DNA from: Candidatus Omnitrophota bacterium
GTDB taxonomy: Bacteria > Omnitrophota > Gorgyraeia > Tantalellales > Tantalellaceae
DNA: 61,238 bases
Reading direction: 5' to 3'
Assembly: GCA_014728045.1 (NCBI GenBank)
Contig: WJMH01000012.1
Location: forward strand, 1 to 61,238
In this document: positions 33,001 through 34,424 of the stretch, piece after piece
Layout: each line of letters starts with the position of its first letter
Numbering within the stretch: the first letter of the stretch is position 1
Made by a program: the position numbers and the translations under genes
The notes under the pieces: model-generated
Told to the model about the DNA's origin: nothing
The model's input: only the letters and a program-made list of their open reading frames with translations
Databases searched by the model: none

Positions 33001-34420
33001 TAAATTCCAGACCAAATGGAACTGGGGATTCATGATATTGATATTCGTGCTTGTACCGCTCGGATTGAGGTCGGACCTGAGGGACGTTATCTTCGCCAAC
33101 ATAGATCGCGCGATAACCAACAATTCCTATCTTCTTTCCAGTTTTCCCTTAACGCATTATCTGCTCGTTGCGGGTCTCTGCGTGACGGCGGCATTACTGG
33201 TCACAGGGTTAGTGCGCAAAGCTTTACACAAGTCGGAACAATGGAGACAGGCAGAATTCGCGGTCACGCTGGGTATGCCGTCCGATGTATATGACGAATT
33301 GATGGACTTGGACGTTAACATGAAGAAATTCGGACAGAGGACCGGTGTAACCAATTTCGTGCGCATACAGGCCGGTAAAAAGGAAGATATGATAGAAGAG
33401 CTGAAGAACAGGACAAGGGGGGAAAAATCGGTCCTTGCGCTGCTTGACAGCAGTAAGCTTCCGGTTGACCCGCATACGGACGACATAGACTTCCAGGAAC
33501 TGGAAAACATGGTGAGGTCTTTTGCCAGGGAAGCTCAGACGGACATAATAGAGCTTATGCATCCTGAGCTTACTTCCATAAACCAGGAGACGGTCAAAAA
33601 AATAGCCAGTGTCGACCGCCTCAAATACGTTGTCGGCGTCATGGCACGCCTCATACCCGAAGGTGAGTGTTTAGACCTGAACGAAAAGAGCCTGTACGAT
33701 ATAAGGGTAGACAATATATACAATATGCACAACAGAGAGTATACCGAACGCGCCCGCAGGTACCTTGAGGGACTGAGGAGGCAGCCGTTCAAGAAAGACG
33801 ACCGCAGGTATCTAGTGACAGCTGTGGACAAAGCCATGGACCTGAAACTTCTGGCCAGCTCCATAAGGGAAAGAAGAGAGGCCATGGAGGTCACCGACCA
33901 GGCATCTGACCCGGTCAAGGACATAGTGATCGTGAAGAACACGCACATTTCCTATGATCTGGACAAGATGCTGGAGAAGACCGGACTGGGCGAGTATATC
34001 ACGAAGGAGGACATCATAGTGATAAGCGAGGAAGAGACGCTGACAGCCGAAAACCTCCTGACGAGGATAGAAGAGCAGACCGGTTGGCAGATACAGCCCA
34101 AACAGGTGGCCCTGGGTACCAAAAAAGGCGTCATAGAAGTGGATATGCATAAACCGGAAGTACGCGAACTGTTCAGTGAAAAGAGCGAGGACAGCATGCT
34201 GCTGGTCCAGCTTGAGGACGGACTGGCGAGCCAGCTGTACAAGATGATGGTGGAGATCGCGGCCAACGGTGACGAGAAAGTACAATGGGCTACGGATACC
34301 TTGACGAAGATGAACGGTCTTAAGGTATACACGTACCTACCCAAGATGGAGAAGATAGATCTCGAAGCCGAGATAGAGAACTACGAAAGGTACATCAGCG
34401 AGATCTTAGAGAAAGCGTAA
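17..34420 (+). CDS. Giant multidomain membrane protein A (>=11,467 aa; probably 5'-truncated): zincin-like modules, TPR-like helices, SecA-like ATPase, multi-TM block, six TolC-like half-repeats, beta-repeats, CBM-like domains, processive GT2, conserved C-terminal domain
   Basis: Uninterrupted 34.4-kb ORF ending TAA at 34418-34420. The frame is also open upstream of ATG 17 (cat tac aga aga agg from position 2). There is no RBS or signal peptide at 17 and the N-terminal domain seen in genes B and C is absent, so the true start probably lies outside the window. Confidence 0.96.
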   Translation: MSTKVRMDRPGTRILDEEKRESINESLSSDELAKEIADQLGVEQYGMRAATPDKVVTRLKAKGVRISDDWREYTDLKRMVLSFASRVFSEMRVISHYKVNTYIRNNLPEGLLADTLEKRQENLRKLYPDKIDSKDYGEDYQISARVIPVKGLYAATGIKAQIGLGRSYGEPVIYIDEDYCDDRILAHEFYEMGMWEAKRRDLALEPQQMRDWIRENIDKARSLNNEYHDQNPYPVTGHEAPSVNFIYEDASDILISGAENNAKVIIDELVDLRDKPGTITEAVIEAEMARIEARMRELNVSKNTVDKNTWDKLQFKKQATVYHLRKRIGASARTADAEEKPEKKAEAPARKSTALTPQAKIQQKIAEAKSCMGLWNRLWGAADYDRAIKLLTEVLEMDKHNQQARQLLATAKSAKKDAEDKIIKKITDSLNTAGTAIADGNVKKGRKHLNSALDQIYALGGKNERGKSLKEWADDLRTELNNEIAKQRGKAPKKKAPKKPKKKEQGPPEDMQLGKKAIRSVPRPVVSEGVPEAEESEEASEEETGPEIARPVPPAPRPEPEVQAPIPQVTPVIEPGKTAFSEEVEKFLNLIGLKEDSEGWDIVGIEAQKAVESGCVLTEIMNFSQCKNIVSKATKAYSTFTALIALYEPIIKSAESAPGTDLAGVISSNLGMISAQIDQLEPQVREQVQNRAEQRAEPADAGTFVAEIKYIRTDAYSLILEPIISKLKAQKKAASIPQAQILTDYSSIMQRIKGLVAQKEHMTGDVLEAEIAALESDIDRFNLNEETLEGSRDPETQEPLWDRLQAALSELKSAKEEPAGQEPVIEPVFEPESEEEKGLLEEELAGKELLTREGFLARYGIEKDMKLYEFVYNGIDSDWEERQKESPAQLADKQLEFIVPVDSAEEAGYREAVSQAVSEIEDGRTDLAMQSLIPVMGFEQEEATRVRLILILLSYIESMEIEEAGQAEEKPAEEAAEIEEKGILEKAYEEADEEPDQEKAPEEKAGPEIAAPSKAEEEAAEKGEPEGAEFSHRTEMFMDLLGIDSHLAVYNIIAREVEDVIASGKKPADILDLGQARETAREINLEAQKFQSQVSSVNAELTILERSGLSTLKSRIKERLKFALGQVNPKTRKTVTEKMMARLEDESARPTDTGSLIAELFQMRDDSIERLAQPVLSALREGKTVAERNAAKIMGLLQTAEEDMTAGHYTRARQKADRVLELDAGNENARNILARINRIESGEPEEAGKEQADRDQARSETLIQHNEIMAAAVRLIGRLRHIEMYPPVSQEDIIQAEDEITEYSMSEESLRGALDSLTKKPLWEELQQILDKVKKIYEAQETRQKSKVEATAEKGIIEIRVWLKDWRRQMEQIDNENIPDVEKLEDIIRVKMKELNYRKKELEAQISETEKQTGQPRRTTPQQLEEMLYRDFEFFVKGDGEVAGIRQIIAKKGAFKVLEHMDNWHSRVMKSEEFENKSVKYIEDFIKEQREEMHRIMRRYGITEEIVPEDVEELTRMFNFCAMQATVEASKRRKPQLTETQQLIALEAQREHDTRELHKKSHVNIKAARPDQNDRTKELIERINKGQSMEDIADDAISVIEQVIAENMEEEPSRLKEEFASMTQRMYEEARALEIVGAVEIAFSKIMMSDQTEREARKTMVDGLKQLSVVFDSSPGLTRSEESRINASNVQNMAERVLESAFRSRFRKFTNLYASQRKAVKDVIIKETTSSDGRIRSRIGQMPTSSGKTIALYTAAYIMAIRALSEEGRRNREGILVTSTEESKAKEDAEEAARVLSELGIQVGFVGTRTDGQVQGYLFDRATGDLEKVENDSRVYSEAMVVYGTIDKFVHRSQNEKMTQDPNERHFISRKWRLRMDEADVPLLYDLSNPFIVSSTQGDPRLLRRIDQVVTEHIVLRKLREELGVGAESFNLAAMRDKLAERDHHRSYGELTSEEKAEVDGIIRSNTDLYKTNTDKKAVILNEDGSYRLTEKLGELGIPKDKIKANLASYCELAQTAIAAHLFDEKYTHYMEMPVQGKQEIVMLDEGTGRVKFGRLPYHLQAAIEAKEEFPVRPEEDTDLIYQIDGIVREKILNHPGLYEKKENERFVMLNSRGLEVLQQALVDSGRKIDEVKQDMSKFEELAERALAASLFYVKDKDYSVMKVNGKDEIILLDEGTGKPMYGRRLSHGLHAAIEAKEGLEVRPEGVVVAWGTLTGFLKQPFIHSFGGVTATSEKDAMWQLHRLRTVDILQQLREELSIRQFNKPYFNLSDEERSQIDKAVIESRREEKDPQIYATRTRKVKAVLRVVMREHKNEQKRPILIKVANDLEAREMAALIRNGLSENTGKDLLEEMARKQFNKHYKDLSEEEKNKINNIELMTAATYADIDQIKKRAGKEGQITIVTNLGGRGIDIKLTAESSRIGGLFGISTYFDELSASDIQFRGRVGRNGRPGVWMGFWSLEDRAFTKYAEAHPEGVKVLRDLLDAVEKDESRPSKHIGGEPIVKQIVEEIRESIKKRHIYANRQHQELSEYIGKLKVSFFEKREEAVEMLRQVVDRMQVEKQKLEDIDRNIIEHGEEFMDLIGEPAPSRDASASQIIEKVMIACDEDEEVGRNITDLAAKGITSADHLIKIMGRRESLLETIRELEVERKKLMFPIVKMDVSWKRFLGKAGNIQKDLDRFLRHYGWRQALLQIDPVVNREAMVKEAYESEFGAPHKSLSFFRIAVRALLAMGALFTTTMFAPNVIVSFFDILGLPATPGYILLIAIGALIAVNPRIGLSVLTMTAFWAIFKSLFRVMDIQYLTVKLTSDAFSLLSNDAYLIFLTGLAGVVFLAVTMMMQRKFLKQFQEMDKSLRNFARAFHEIDGVSFTGSMIKFVFQQVLNLVNYIAPMLAGLCLIVTAAFPPFIEGALVVAPVTVGVGAAIGALGMLTTGVTILVNWKRIKERGVHRPSLAERYFTVIIDSVLTLSAGVFVFTMATQVNPLTYIAGLAAAALLMVTARKVISKAFGTHALHWKTIRMGIYTAIPVTLLMLGVTKAVGMTSAPLTTVMTLASVPFLLSLTGYLVAQWYSAKRLSQIESKITGISRTRSLVATIFEQNVLNVRQWAPGLGAVATVTLSVWGLFSKSSLISGVPITVGVVLGLYLVLRIAKAIYKYQYANSNISEKSIKSLRLARDVISRNEMIRLRSSIIAFKKERFNTDNPYLLAINKLWDASEDNSVLSRIMNEITIHGPPSGGKWDISDLKRSIENIIYFRNTVNLHGEVMQRNEHGELAVNAYLALFSEFNLVRTYLDKAYESARDPENWMKALRYSFLFAIGFPMLTGGAKAAHVKRTEAVYKHEQQLEEQRTMQQMRRNRLTELQNMESEIERMLNFMRRKALQGDVEQFEKTEERLKATLELYRSGNAELLTEQERGDIKSKSTNYELQAQRHRALLEKVLAQREAFKNARKQARLKELADRIDQILDKMNDAAEGADKDAFDRWAAELEHMLERLAENPDIGKDHRLILENRRLAGISRSILQARLDAREKEVKRLEELLKQINAAIIDAHKNVFDEKVSEMKKALAETELLDERTKDRYSRSIVNAEAAMKRRLDALEKARDEKEKAQVTEIESILAKMEGSAKAADVALFNKLKQTLEKALDSADMVDDVSKTGYRVRAHEAGVLLKEVRDAMAAYHDRVIKFARTAPQYALAENAENTEQAWEKFRADAEKIRSEAPGVYDSELVDAYFRLGEILLRSALSDRVDTADVIKVRELLSRAKKSTEEIDRIKELIDTIAEEKTLDNRLFIQLVFGYSLGDRLPRFAVGDGSGSTSSDLPVSVDFSGFPQVPLSTADRIRLVNSFESQQDALGRWWIMISDNGTQSDTSDDIWIAADTYNDMIQDLYPQIQQLATETGHTIDPSWPATVFIANAGNNSAPEWQRNIRELVNWLIIAEQAGIYEHSASDMMDNIMENMDDVNDYLREYGDGELTLSDEEELGLLLWVSQGTADGHSVDELLFHPRELARLMMNFSIYDSDHGARAKAVAAAKRKAESMWKAARSRNLLITVERLVELKTSLADVDRMSHEIAELDARIKKAGREEKIILQQRRLLLARRLAAARKKSRIEQVRIKWALGIDMNADLVKQMNLREVSEAELVKALEQVSGDYYSTRLEAARQWVVEAGHYAPSLVRVRASSGLMVNLLSVFEEKPIDDIVSLSLLDFQVDYDHLRNKEDQIAQREVETAIAAFRDEVRDMDSEINKLAAHIEGLEAVIEKDREVLIEARAAYDRMIKLSTEQPALIDRTSAVHIVKNLQQAEDALRWHQLQLRIARAKFRMFGRFAEKKVADQRRREAEITDLGQLFSMALRNGRMNRIWARIAKTRAIKEKEASDSWYIPKLIFSMKLFKGFTDLEWRQEHASDNDIFEDAIEEADIGMSMRACLRWYLFDLGGENRELATEYALKSAMLESKTKGSELMVEIANAVSRIKRAQEAVDIKTEDVGYKKLRIEAMADSDDRRRQEFYLIQLGRDLEGARNELRMAYENLRKVVGATRTRIKIDRKMLDEMDRQLEEFMSSHPDMFIRGIDGRWQVTPYGKRSMGQLKRELQRSLDELERLHRRERLSGLDQIKLRAMIANLREAISVMDKHFQTGKSVEKQMPVILRTLHGARLSYIKDQTPRCSADMERLEQFTVELKRIISETKDAATGKDAEKLLGEVQKHLAKAYKREINKIFSRARRYNIRTEEEKMHLIIKYSQTILDIDNTDSQAEGYLKKAQDRIAEIEKISSRDRVKNALRTMEERLKDTPGWLTSYREYLAYAAEGLSSSIEARKLAEKAGMDLGKTNVDTVEAHLIDAIWNMVARVGIPEGYYEGWEPDAHYGKGHMPTLEMDKPYCAESREPSKIIEQVFSGYELDEVIEYRRFLKDLRVKLKRLQGSNSAKAGELVRHIDAYISLSEAKINAMRAEGARTRTESEINDMIENQISGMESDLSRRFGLWIPPFHEYHTTRGWILEYLKVYHRAQKIEMLGPNSKQQDKIDGYKKEARKKIGQRLDDLTVEDDIEDLLEDISLVRALMRYDIQPGKARLFEMQSQIALIKLMNAELEEILEDASTGEYEEAIKNADKVLTACVRPVQGGNNTYTQLRDKLVANQTKVLIACMQYKAAEYKKITDEISKADNDDAEDYLDELEEAEETLRGLYRIAASFDEAEGITPITPDGKKVITAMTAALAMVRKELDAVNGVRSLAFLKRSVYQLNRTVDFENDVDKLTGYTRTTDPTCPLSSTHLRQLRTTENDRVSTRMLDRILESTSQALKHDKDNFQAVELRRSVQDKYTMVLMGRLNDLQRDIKRRIDRGRSATRGQISDVEEVVNRILDVNSDRLIGLLKPGEESINMLRKISDRTGATVLSFEHLPESVQMTDDGRRIFQMLIDSCEKAGGKHTPHRKMIIELIQRRYHQETREAVFWGGPLIHVDIGISSSGMGQFFGKTATTPWSNLVNVGFTKNGLFWVTTPIRKIPILGDILEHMLGLKGYIEHRKRSMEMHGAKSKEHLQRAEMEAVNHWVALWGAVKQYQSTDSAREKLAAELDVLVAERDQKKEYFSFRRNYTELMDLEGRIANKRLELSRCDADMRALETLLYSLGVNDPKEFIAEDSEYAKKGFVDSKLDEVFDLFGAGSKEAASEWGMRMKIRIAQDKVAARLPSATGETSSVMLEVSYGEGYAGEVRDQWKTSVRFAREETVSGIVDAIGGYTRDSRRHALKAKEHEQQLERQTMLRELAELNARYWRVVADYEQLAEKYRVAEKACEDGRKRRKAEEIRPMQLRDLQDQRDQARARMEKALADIRMLEMEFKTSFGKEIPDASFLRNFGSVLAPLAIDSIVQKAKAASSDVDFSRDEKVRALEEYIISSRQRQSSVLHYLSSIKLGVCFQDSDFTAKPVDAVMPTLTFVLYGSNWEARRDKQRNEHIYNIYQLRRRQSELPVEYRVRLIELQAAAEMLKLEFENLSGASKTIQEEYDQVLNDYRRRRIDLDTMKARLEKIDRNEYIESLASFLSAYEKFSMLTRQLGMEMPPLTELGAEKDAGKGEEVKAGEKTEESGTVPSEIEQTYTAVNIPSREEFGKGLKRRTGWRWGDYWDSYSARHDNQQIEAFLEKYGLEPAETNKAGFFAFREGLIELSSRRGHLFGRGGTLYRYLVDQKKMSEEDALRKLASLRDIYWSRFWQVQDQIVKPFLEKKLGYEPDTDNDFAILMAWTDYAMGAGRDEGAMIEYLETELSDDNLVTKILKNFFRVQMMQALENDYDRVLDRVREASFHMTADQLQGEVETRGVDIDSFRGLMAGFEKEVGEFLGEEIDYNNEADRWILHRVAILALRAGGRDDFRGDLALMNMVKKVSGEFFNFDKITAESAMRMPGSDTLRRISDRIHELKAAGEDTTALEVVFNVHMKALIRGKKINTCYDTVRWIRRETDNTAMWLRERDLTLADAIKKKKTDQDFYVPMLVVYINQATSDRDPMITSVEDLLKEENRPVLERVMRLYYGDLNFILTRFRTDAENEKKAIQASLAGDLSDAQRTKLEKRLKELEDYLSTYDTNNPFLVEASKKWVRFYRENFKDSAGFNNFLDKQYKPLMAQESVKKFLSDVAGVKEVDRLMSEDMMIYGGYLAIILEKHKIDANDEKAVINFCDLALHFFQKNSSLREFKIGEGKEQIKYFIGLGELMGTLDSVARRSNRSLTDILKDDDLKVKITELLSKYRFEYVDFPRQIALTEGLIKGSVPEGKVVMVTAPIVDGNFKKIGESISVKDRDNKNLVTFARVKEHDNLPDDYAKSVQRREVLVYRRDAVYPQEMFRLVKDTDIFTLESLVGAVKIGTISTEAVRDEDGTVVDTLLVKKYLAGYTDGLGNSVVKINKKGYGRTIYEEKIKGEKVQKIHYQYHDNGSLKSVEYENVLNAPDPYRDPQGYFLAEQHGLIKRIEYAPSDDIFVPGLLEKIIYDDGTVAYYTDGHIKRITFSEPHRPDKKTYPLDYDFAAQHGLVAEMVFDGTSENRSVLTRYADGTERRYITAENLDEAREERRQSVREDDMDNIRPGNLGEINVGKNAHIFKGPGDVREKAAEMRKADFKKYLVRTIGDEGRSYWTAINALMDKIESDLDEDSYTEEKRQKTEDAIASLEDINQVLDDPLLEDYLDVLRDFHFAKLHGGVKRVVYEATQEKVSRPLVIEYTDGTRAAFVYKVDAEELTGIERNIFSKEKNCYLKILTEKGKAPVRYIYISKSRIALKDDCLKYVGYETPLIDSRFSRLHGGVSAIIYTGESKKGGRILLKHYADGSYEEYNYEHKMFGAYTKTLYERSASTIRKKVFTYDAKDRLIEFTDHNGITDRYYYEPGFIFANRGQSGNTLAIEVDIAGVPVKNGAVLVFKNAKITSRKELAEAGEADFAFFFNKEIEKLAATGQLNRILSDPDMAYDASIWNKTRDGSALLERTVWEEDVIGTFATLMSESRFNDTFERMVGIWEASMLRDGARTLQYKAGHQKIDTHKLYADRIYAELKELKSQIEQVRSGEKEMDHFQMETWQRLIAMKFRAWERLAYRELVVEERSPEKWMNRRTGASWFRNVVLSFSRRNDLDILFKEVTGVSAENITPVEKVSVRGKLPVAEEINTNREITLALTSEEKTVVVDTGAMGMKDLSDSTLSFLVNTKESLWPAITIYAVDGEGREKVLRVPAESVKYEEYRKYQRVEFTPSSRDLSNYTEEEDFDTSDVVSVRIVFRNTSTTPANLGVRDIMLERSTSLADTVKVTETVTVAEDQWMSAYDMDGSMYIDLSREGVPSDLEGRLIRVRAKLPATVAGPGSRVTVSLIDEQTRAKSEKATVDDEGYVTVEIEALSKADFDSTKILMLRVESPIAEQGMEFTVWHKIAAASFALAIALAYYLKRNHAKLVEWLRNRKIKGLGKTVVSHADLNKYISENMPEEIRNAKNIYERREQLKKLCPEPFTSEDYPDMEAGLVEIPGLYNQTGVKAHLGLGRVFGMPVIYIDPIYRAEGDLLLHEMYELREWLIKSVELGLTLDQMRIWIRENIDQARELASKFHNENPHKVSGHMLSGTDVIYDTTSDVIIAASTDQEGAPEEEGSVREQVIRATSKQEVLLALGVSQEDLAGEDISAILQDEKMTLAPFKDKVLYIAEDLGIDILNGEGIVLLGVPQRELREKADIMRTNDGFPENFRVPVTVRNLLRSAEELKEEVENKCADHHKQLEASGEAEVIDDEVGELDDSDRGEDRDTGRPEGILASRFAEEMEKPDEHTEQPGRSMSEGEASEELPEIRQSVNEMIGAMKVLARGLNWRESQLNKALNETAGELSDSQIEILRFTCDNAEYEISGTFHQRNNVDIAAGLENAYKTMLSVEAALGKKDIKVMDVMGRLDIARRENNRIREHIEKILQLVRDIRKLRGLDEEERKKAAEEEARKAEEERKKAAEEEARKAEEERKKAAEEEARKAEEERKKAAEEEAQRDLIRSLEDEVAQKASELEQLLASMKRLEQIDYTAIIDDYNRSVRKDDDALSPHLPKDGNVEMVKQKRHHVLAEIMETRELITKIEEAIARIAEVKGDIAEDSVRPVLEMVNNVMDLAEGENFWGRVNSRAYYYSDPEQEGKDYSEQYDKDYAQIIAAHKAMIEEKEQQLRKKAEEERARKEREEFLNEINAEVSDIDEVIARIREIIAGAEKGKEEVDALVASIPQEGIEQAQIDEMTAQFDGIEATANELGQKNSDISAELDGIKEALSEYEDTPWAEEEMFRLGIEKLGDAGDLNGEAYKRIRDLLEALNQARNSLLQAQQAAESEKMEPEIIAPVEEPEEGEQAEDVEPEIVIPGGPAGPSEPGEDEPDGEEPEDEDQRFKRQLEDAEDIIRTLRRLAKTINDWMGDLEVDFQDKQGEEEIKEDEEIFLPRLRAMEPWTFFDKGKVGQYNLSNLYRSVVMAGIAAVICHIFSNNSLVVSFPYIALLVIKWLGLEEKGKKWQSGLFAGAFFVTAQMLLPGLLGMSTVGVSFWLFAGTLFAYSVKPLVMYLLRLSSVDLINNRSAYSMGNRQPFNYLWNQMRELSAIKSKMEKISREIDGKPNVRDWIWMDMRPIRSRGIKVDGKDGEDYEGGVVGKTLTFHEQIQQSIAELGGLILEGKERLSISGDEDVQAWSSQQWEENRALYRSKSPRIGVVGRVFMLSAALFASITAAAAYYGLVDLTSIRGMAVVAFAVVGTLIFAGQVSRLLMKKDLLIDIPSDMKNTTRRGNRQIFNLVEERTGRPYSGNPLRVWDIWRHLTQSAAAKSIEILTEDYHGVEDVNKEFDTGMHSLADSAVARSNKDSMALSEAEGLVEKIKLLTKTLLFLGIVLGISYVAGVAVFGTSAWIYQLASSSHLAGWTEIFRHGFAFMKIVTDLAAGSAWKSMLVKTGPYLLTGLMALAMNYAIKKLISEKSKTSEAFFVNLAGLAFALGVVAGLVQLAALVQPILLVTAVGQLLVGSVVLGSLWIFGLKFFGYNIGQFAKLYPDEEVVTWKDIAKKAFWGALSAGFLVGVPRLTGSSIGEVIFTATGSVAAGISLGTAINVLLAGSMVYFTLSLLSMLIAKDRFKAIAVDDKLYVGDDEPALDASTDNFIKTFLGGHRYTEQELRIIVEANAEGKKALNQQEKMIYEGLMGHGGAPSGVNYFSDRMNRKFEALNASQLLKLMSRDAFKKLEREDRIPEAMTKSELAEFLNRDGNYREQLVVRARLMYENLDIDQIFQRLSGAGFNGVKEELRKIKREELDDVRERLKENDDEALRIRAAELEKWIKMSEHIKLWDVQNVIKGKNEQIDEWLEGIDAASLRQVIDKDHLEKRMVLMYDFMPKTQAWLVIVMANWEDEIKPLVDSLLTLRYPLKKMKFIFAGETWDDKTEESIRNARLNAMRKMRGLTAEAIKGSLPEEFEFKGAPVREENAVRLRGYKWMPRRLRVLLTRVFGPYVEPSQPYTKPGANTFVLKDSDGAYGIIYDTEDKPESTQIVKFVLGLTDGISETRRLKDNFKTKFMRAEPVRSQKPETDTSIGAKTKYYRNCIADAVDLYNKKLSAEDRIVSNRYNLKRGKVLKRHMNWFATETLPTLLNIIKDNKLHLLSTGLLWKEILNNTDQDERKKLLNLYISFANIPGYGRIATEYINSPREKENESAFIEELIFGEFERINAPKNGQGRLAQSRSAGLAMNWVNGAYFEGEYGAWYNMGWDGFHALPDTFKPLGGTTGWFCTEPVEEIYWQEIDDKVLADIGIGEKEKEIMAEQYATKKKLHTIGAWDEMQVAEDYMLGFVGWLYGLNIASFYTLTPEDATSTSGLTINTRALQVSRWNKGYIIGLVTVACKYSVLRELWKKKGPLGMISFLVATLSSAIHPMLFRLARVFMMVWCLYFIPVKAIVSALLQIPVVSGLFIAFENATKLFSGLSAMQNLVAEIFPQLMNFMALGWGWILGPMIVIVPILLFKYFTVKAMFKGINKKLGLSRQKEEITEEYIEKSREQSVEDVLKMINSDAREAYIEETVRESVRGEGERKFIAKKAGAFVGDAMHEAQMAIAQLESGEKIMMEFWERLEGMLAEMPFYMEGSDMEKQIMDRLSPRDEESFRLLWPLLERHEDGTYTLPVGVDISDLYLRELARVRVKAGTGEELTPEEAEKLRLLDLFYNRDVDILYGQKGYFDLLGMISPRMRHNLEEAARGGRFTPDHAMQIITADPVEDLRVRIALRMNKKEYFTLNLFEFYLNDPSKGGAAADNAREVYFNQQRDKMVADAREFIAKSYDWQQAYEVKDSSIEEFKLMRRAIEKGDLTTEGLMLKPVQTWVTKLIGLLFPEMKTVTLNLIAPKLWLFYAGALASGMLAMVFLPSMPIFALIPAIMAVTFAGGIVTTLAVMALVHKYIGSATGDERAMRALSVRLAMPNLFIDCYQTLYLYGNKVAWQEIISGSRVGYWWLTGRAVGVIEATLKKHAEGKFHEKAGSIRQSESQKDAKLKSSRLKFQTKWNWGFMILIFVLVPLGLRSDLRDVIFANIDRAITNNSYLLSSFPLTHYLLVAGLCVTAALLVTGLVRKALHKSEQWRQAEFAVTLGMPSDVYDELMDLDVNMKKFGQRTGVTNFVRIQAGKKEDMIEELKNRTRGEKSVLALLDSSKLPVDPHTDDIDFQELENMVRSFAREAQTDIIELMHPELTSINQETVKKIASVDRLKYVVGVMARLIPEGECLDLNEKSLYDIRVDNIYNMHNREYTERARRYLEGLRRQPFKKDDRRYLVTAVDKAMDLKLLASSIRERREAMEVTDQASDPVKDIVIVKNTHISYDLDKMLEKTGLGEYITKEDIIVISEEETLTAENLLTRIEEQTGWQIQPKQVALGTKKGVIEVDMHKPEVRELFSEKSEDSMLLVQLEDGLASQLYKMMVEIAANGDEKVQWATDTLTKMNGLKVYTYLPKMEKIDLEAEIENYERYISEILEKA
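293..790 (+). other. Zincin-like module, copy 1 in protein A (HExxE variant: HEFYE)
   Basis: AQIGLGRSYGEPVIYIDEDYCDDRILAHEFYE; aligns by eye over ~165 aa with the copy at 23801-24296. Confidence 0.55.
5130..8150 (+). other. SecA-like DEAD-box ATPase region within protein A
   Basis: SecA motifs in the correct order: MPTSSGKT (5240-5263, Walker A), VVYGT, MDEAD (5642-5656), IVMLDEGTGR / GLHAAIEAKEG (cross-linking domain), GGVTAT, TNLGGRGIDIKL, GGL, QFRGRVGRNGRPG (from 7337), SLED. Confidence 0.9.
8171..9480 (+). other. Multi-pass transmembrane block 1 of protein A (about 11-12 hydrophobic helices)
   Basis: Consecutive ~20-aa hydrophobic stretches from LSFFRIAVRALLAMG to VVLGLYLVLRIAK. The helix count is by eye. 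Confidence 0.85.
9922..10000 (+). promoter_or_regulatory. Candidate internal RBS, in-frame ATG and Sec signal peptide inside gene A
   Basis: GGAG at 9922-9925, ATG at 9932, then MKALRYSFLFAIGFPMLTGGAKA|AH (basic n-region, hydrophobic h-region, AxA site). Confidence 0.4.
11267..18157 (+). other. Six TolC/outer-membrane-efflux (OEP)-like half-repeats in a 3+3 arrangement within protein A
   Basis: Each unit reads helix, beta-strand, loop, beta-strand, two long coiled helices, ending in (L/V/F)G. The clearest is 13022-13609 (LFSMALRN...WYIPKL...LRWYLFDLGG...LRKVVG). The others are ~11267-12367, 12401-12976, ~16230-16882, 16949-17524 and 17579-18157. Confidence 0.65.
20700..22100 (+). repeat. Degenerate beta-rich protein repeats, 4 x [F(A/S)xxHG(L/G)(I/V)...YxDG(T/S)], plus one YD-like unit
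   Basis: FLAEQHGLIKRIEY..YDDGT (20831), FAAQHGLVAEMVF..YADGT (21026), FAKLHGGVKRVVY..YTDGT (21527), FSRLHGGVSAIIY..YADGS (21833); FTYDAKDRLIEFTDHNG near 22020. Confidence 0.65.
22928..23644 (+). other. Two tandem beta-sandwich domains resembling CBM11/CIA30 (galactose-binding-like fold), followed by a single TM helix at 23687-23734
   Basis: DLSDSTLSFLV...VD...FDTSDVVSVRIVF...VRDIML and DLEGRLIRVRAK...VSLID...FDSTKILMLRVES both follow the DL(S)..+.F....D....FD.+.+..+ pattern. Confidence 0.5.
23801..24296 (+). other. Zincin-like module, copy 2 in protein A (HEMYE)
   Basis: AHLGLGRVFGMPVIYIDPIYRAEGDLLLHEMYE...QMRIWIRENIDQAR; clearly paralogous to 293-790. Confidence 0.55.
25295..25466 (+). repeat. 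In-frame 45-bp tandem repeat, ~3.8 copies, encoding EEERKKAAEEEARKA (charged single-alpha-helix / TolA-like linker)
   Basis: Unit gaagaagaaagaaagaaagccgccgaagaagaggcgcgcaaggcc starts at 25295, 25340, 25385 and 25430 (partial). Copies 3 and 4 differ from copies 1 and 2 by one synonymous change (gaa>gag). Confidence 0.97.
26852..28786 (+). other. Multi-pass transmembrane block 2 of protein A, preceding the GT2 domain
   Basis: Three groups of hydrophobic helices at ~26852-27140, ~27560-27720 and ~28070-28786. Confidence 0.8.
29558..32885 (+). other. Processive family-2 glycosyltransferase (cellulose-synthase-like) domain with C-terminal TM helices, within protein A
   Basis: LRYPLKK..ETWDD, TKPGAN, IYDTED (DxD-type, 29990), EYGAW, PLGGT, GAWD..VAED (30893-30898), QVSRW (QxxRW, 31013-31027), then TM helices and a terminal W-x-x-T element (32864). 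Confidence 0.9.
33260..34417 (+). other. Conserved C-terminal domain of protein A (paralogous to the C-terminus of protein B)
   Basis: SFARE...HPE, SLYDIRVDN and YTYLP..ID.E.E..Y..Y.....A-stop align with 53128-54222. Confidence 0.8.
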
Positions 34421-34424
34421 TGAC

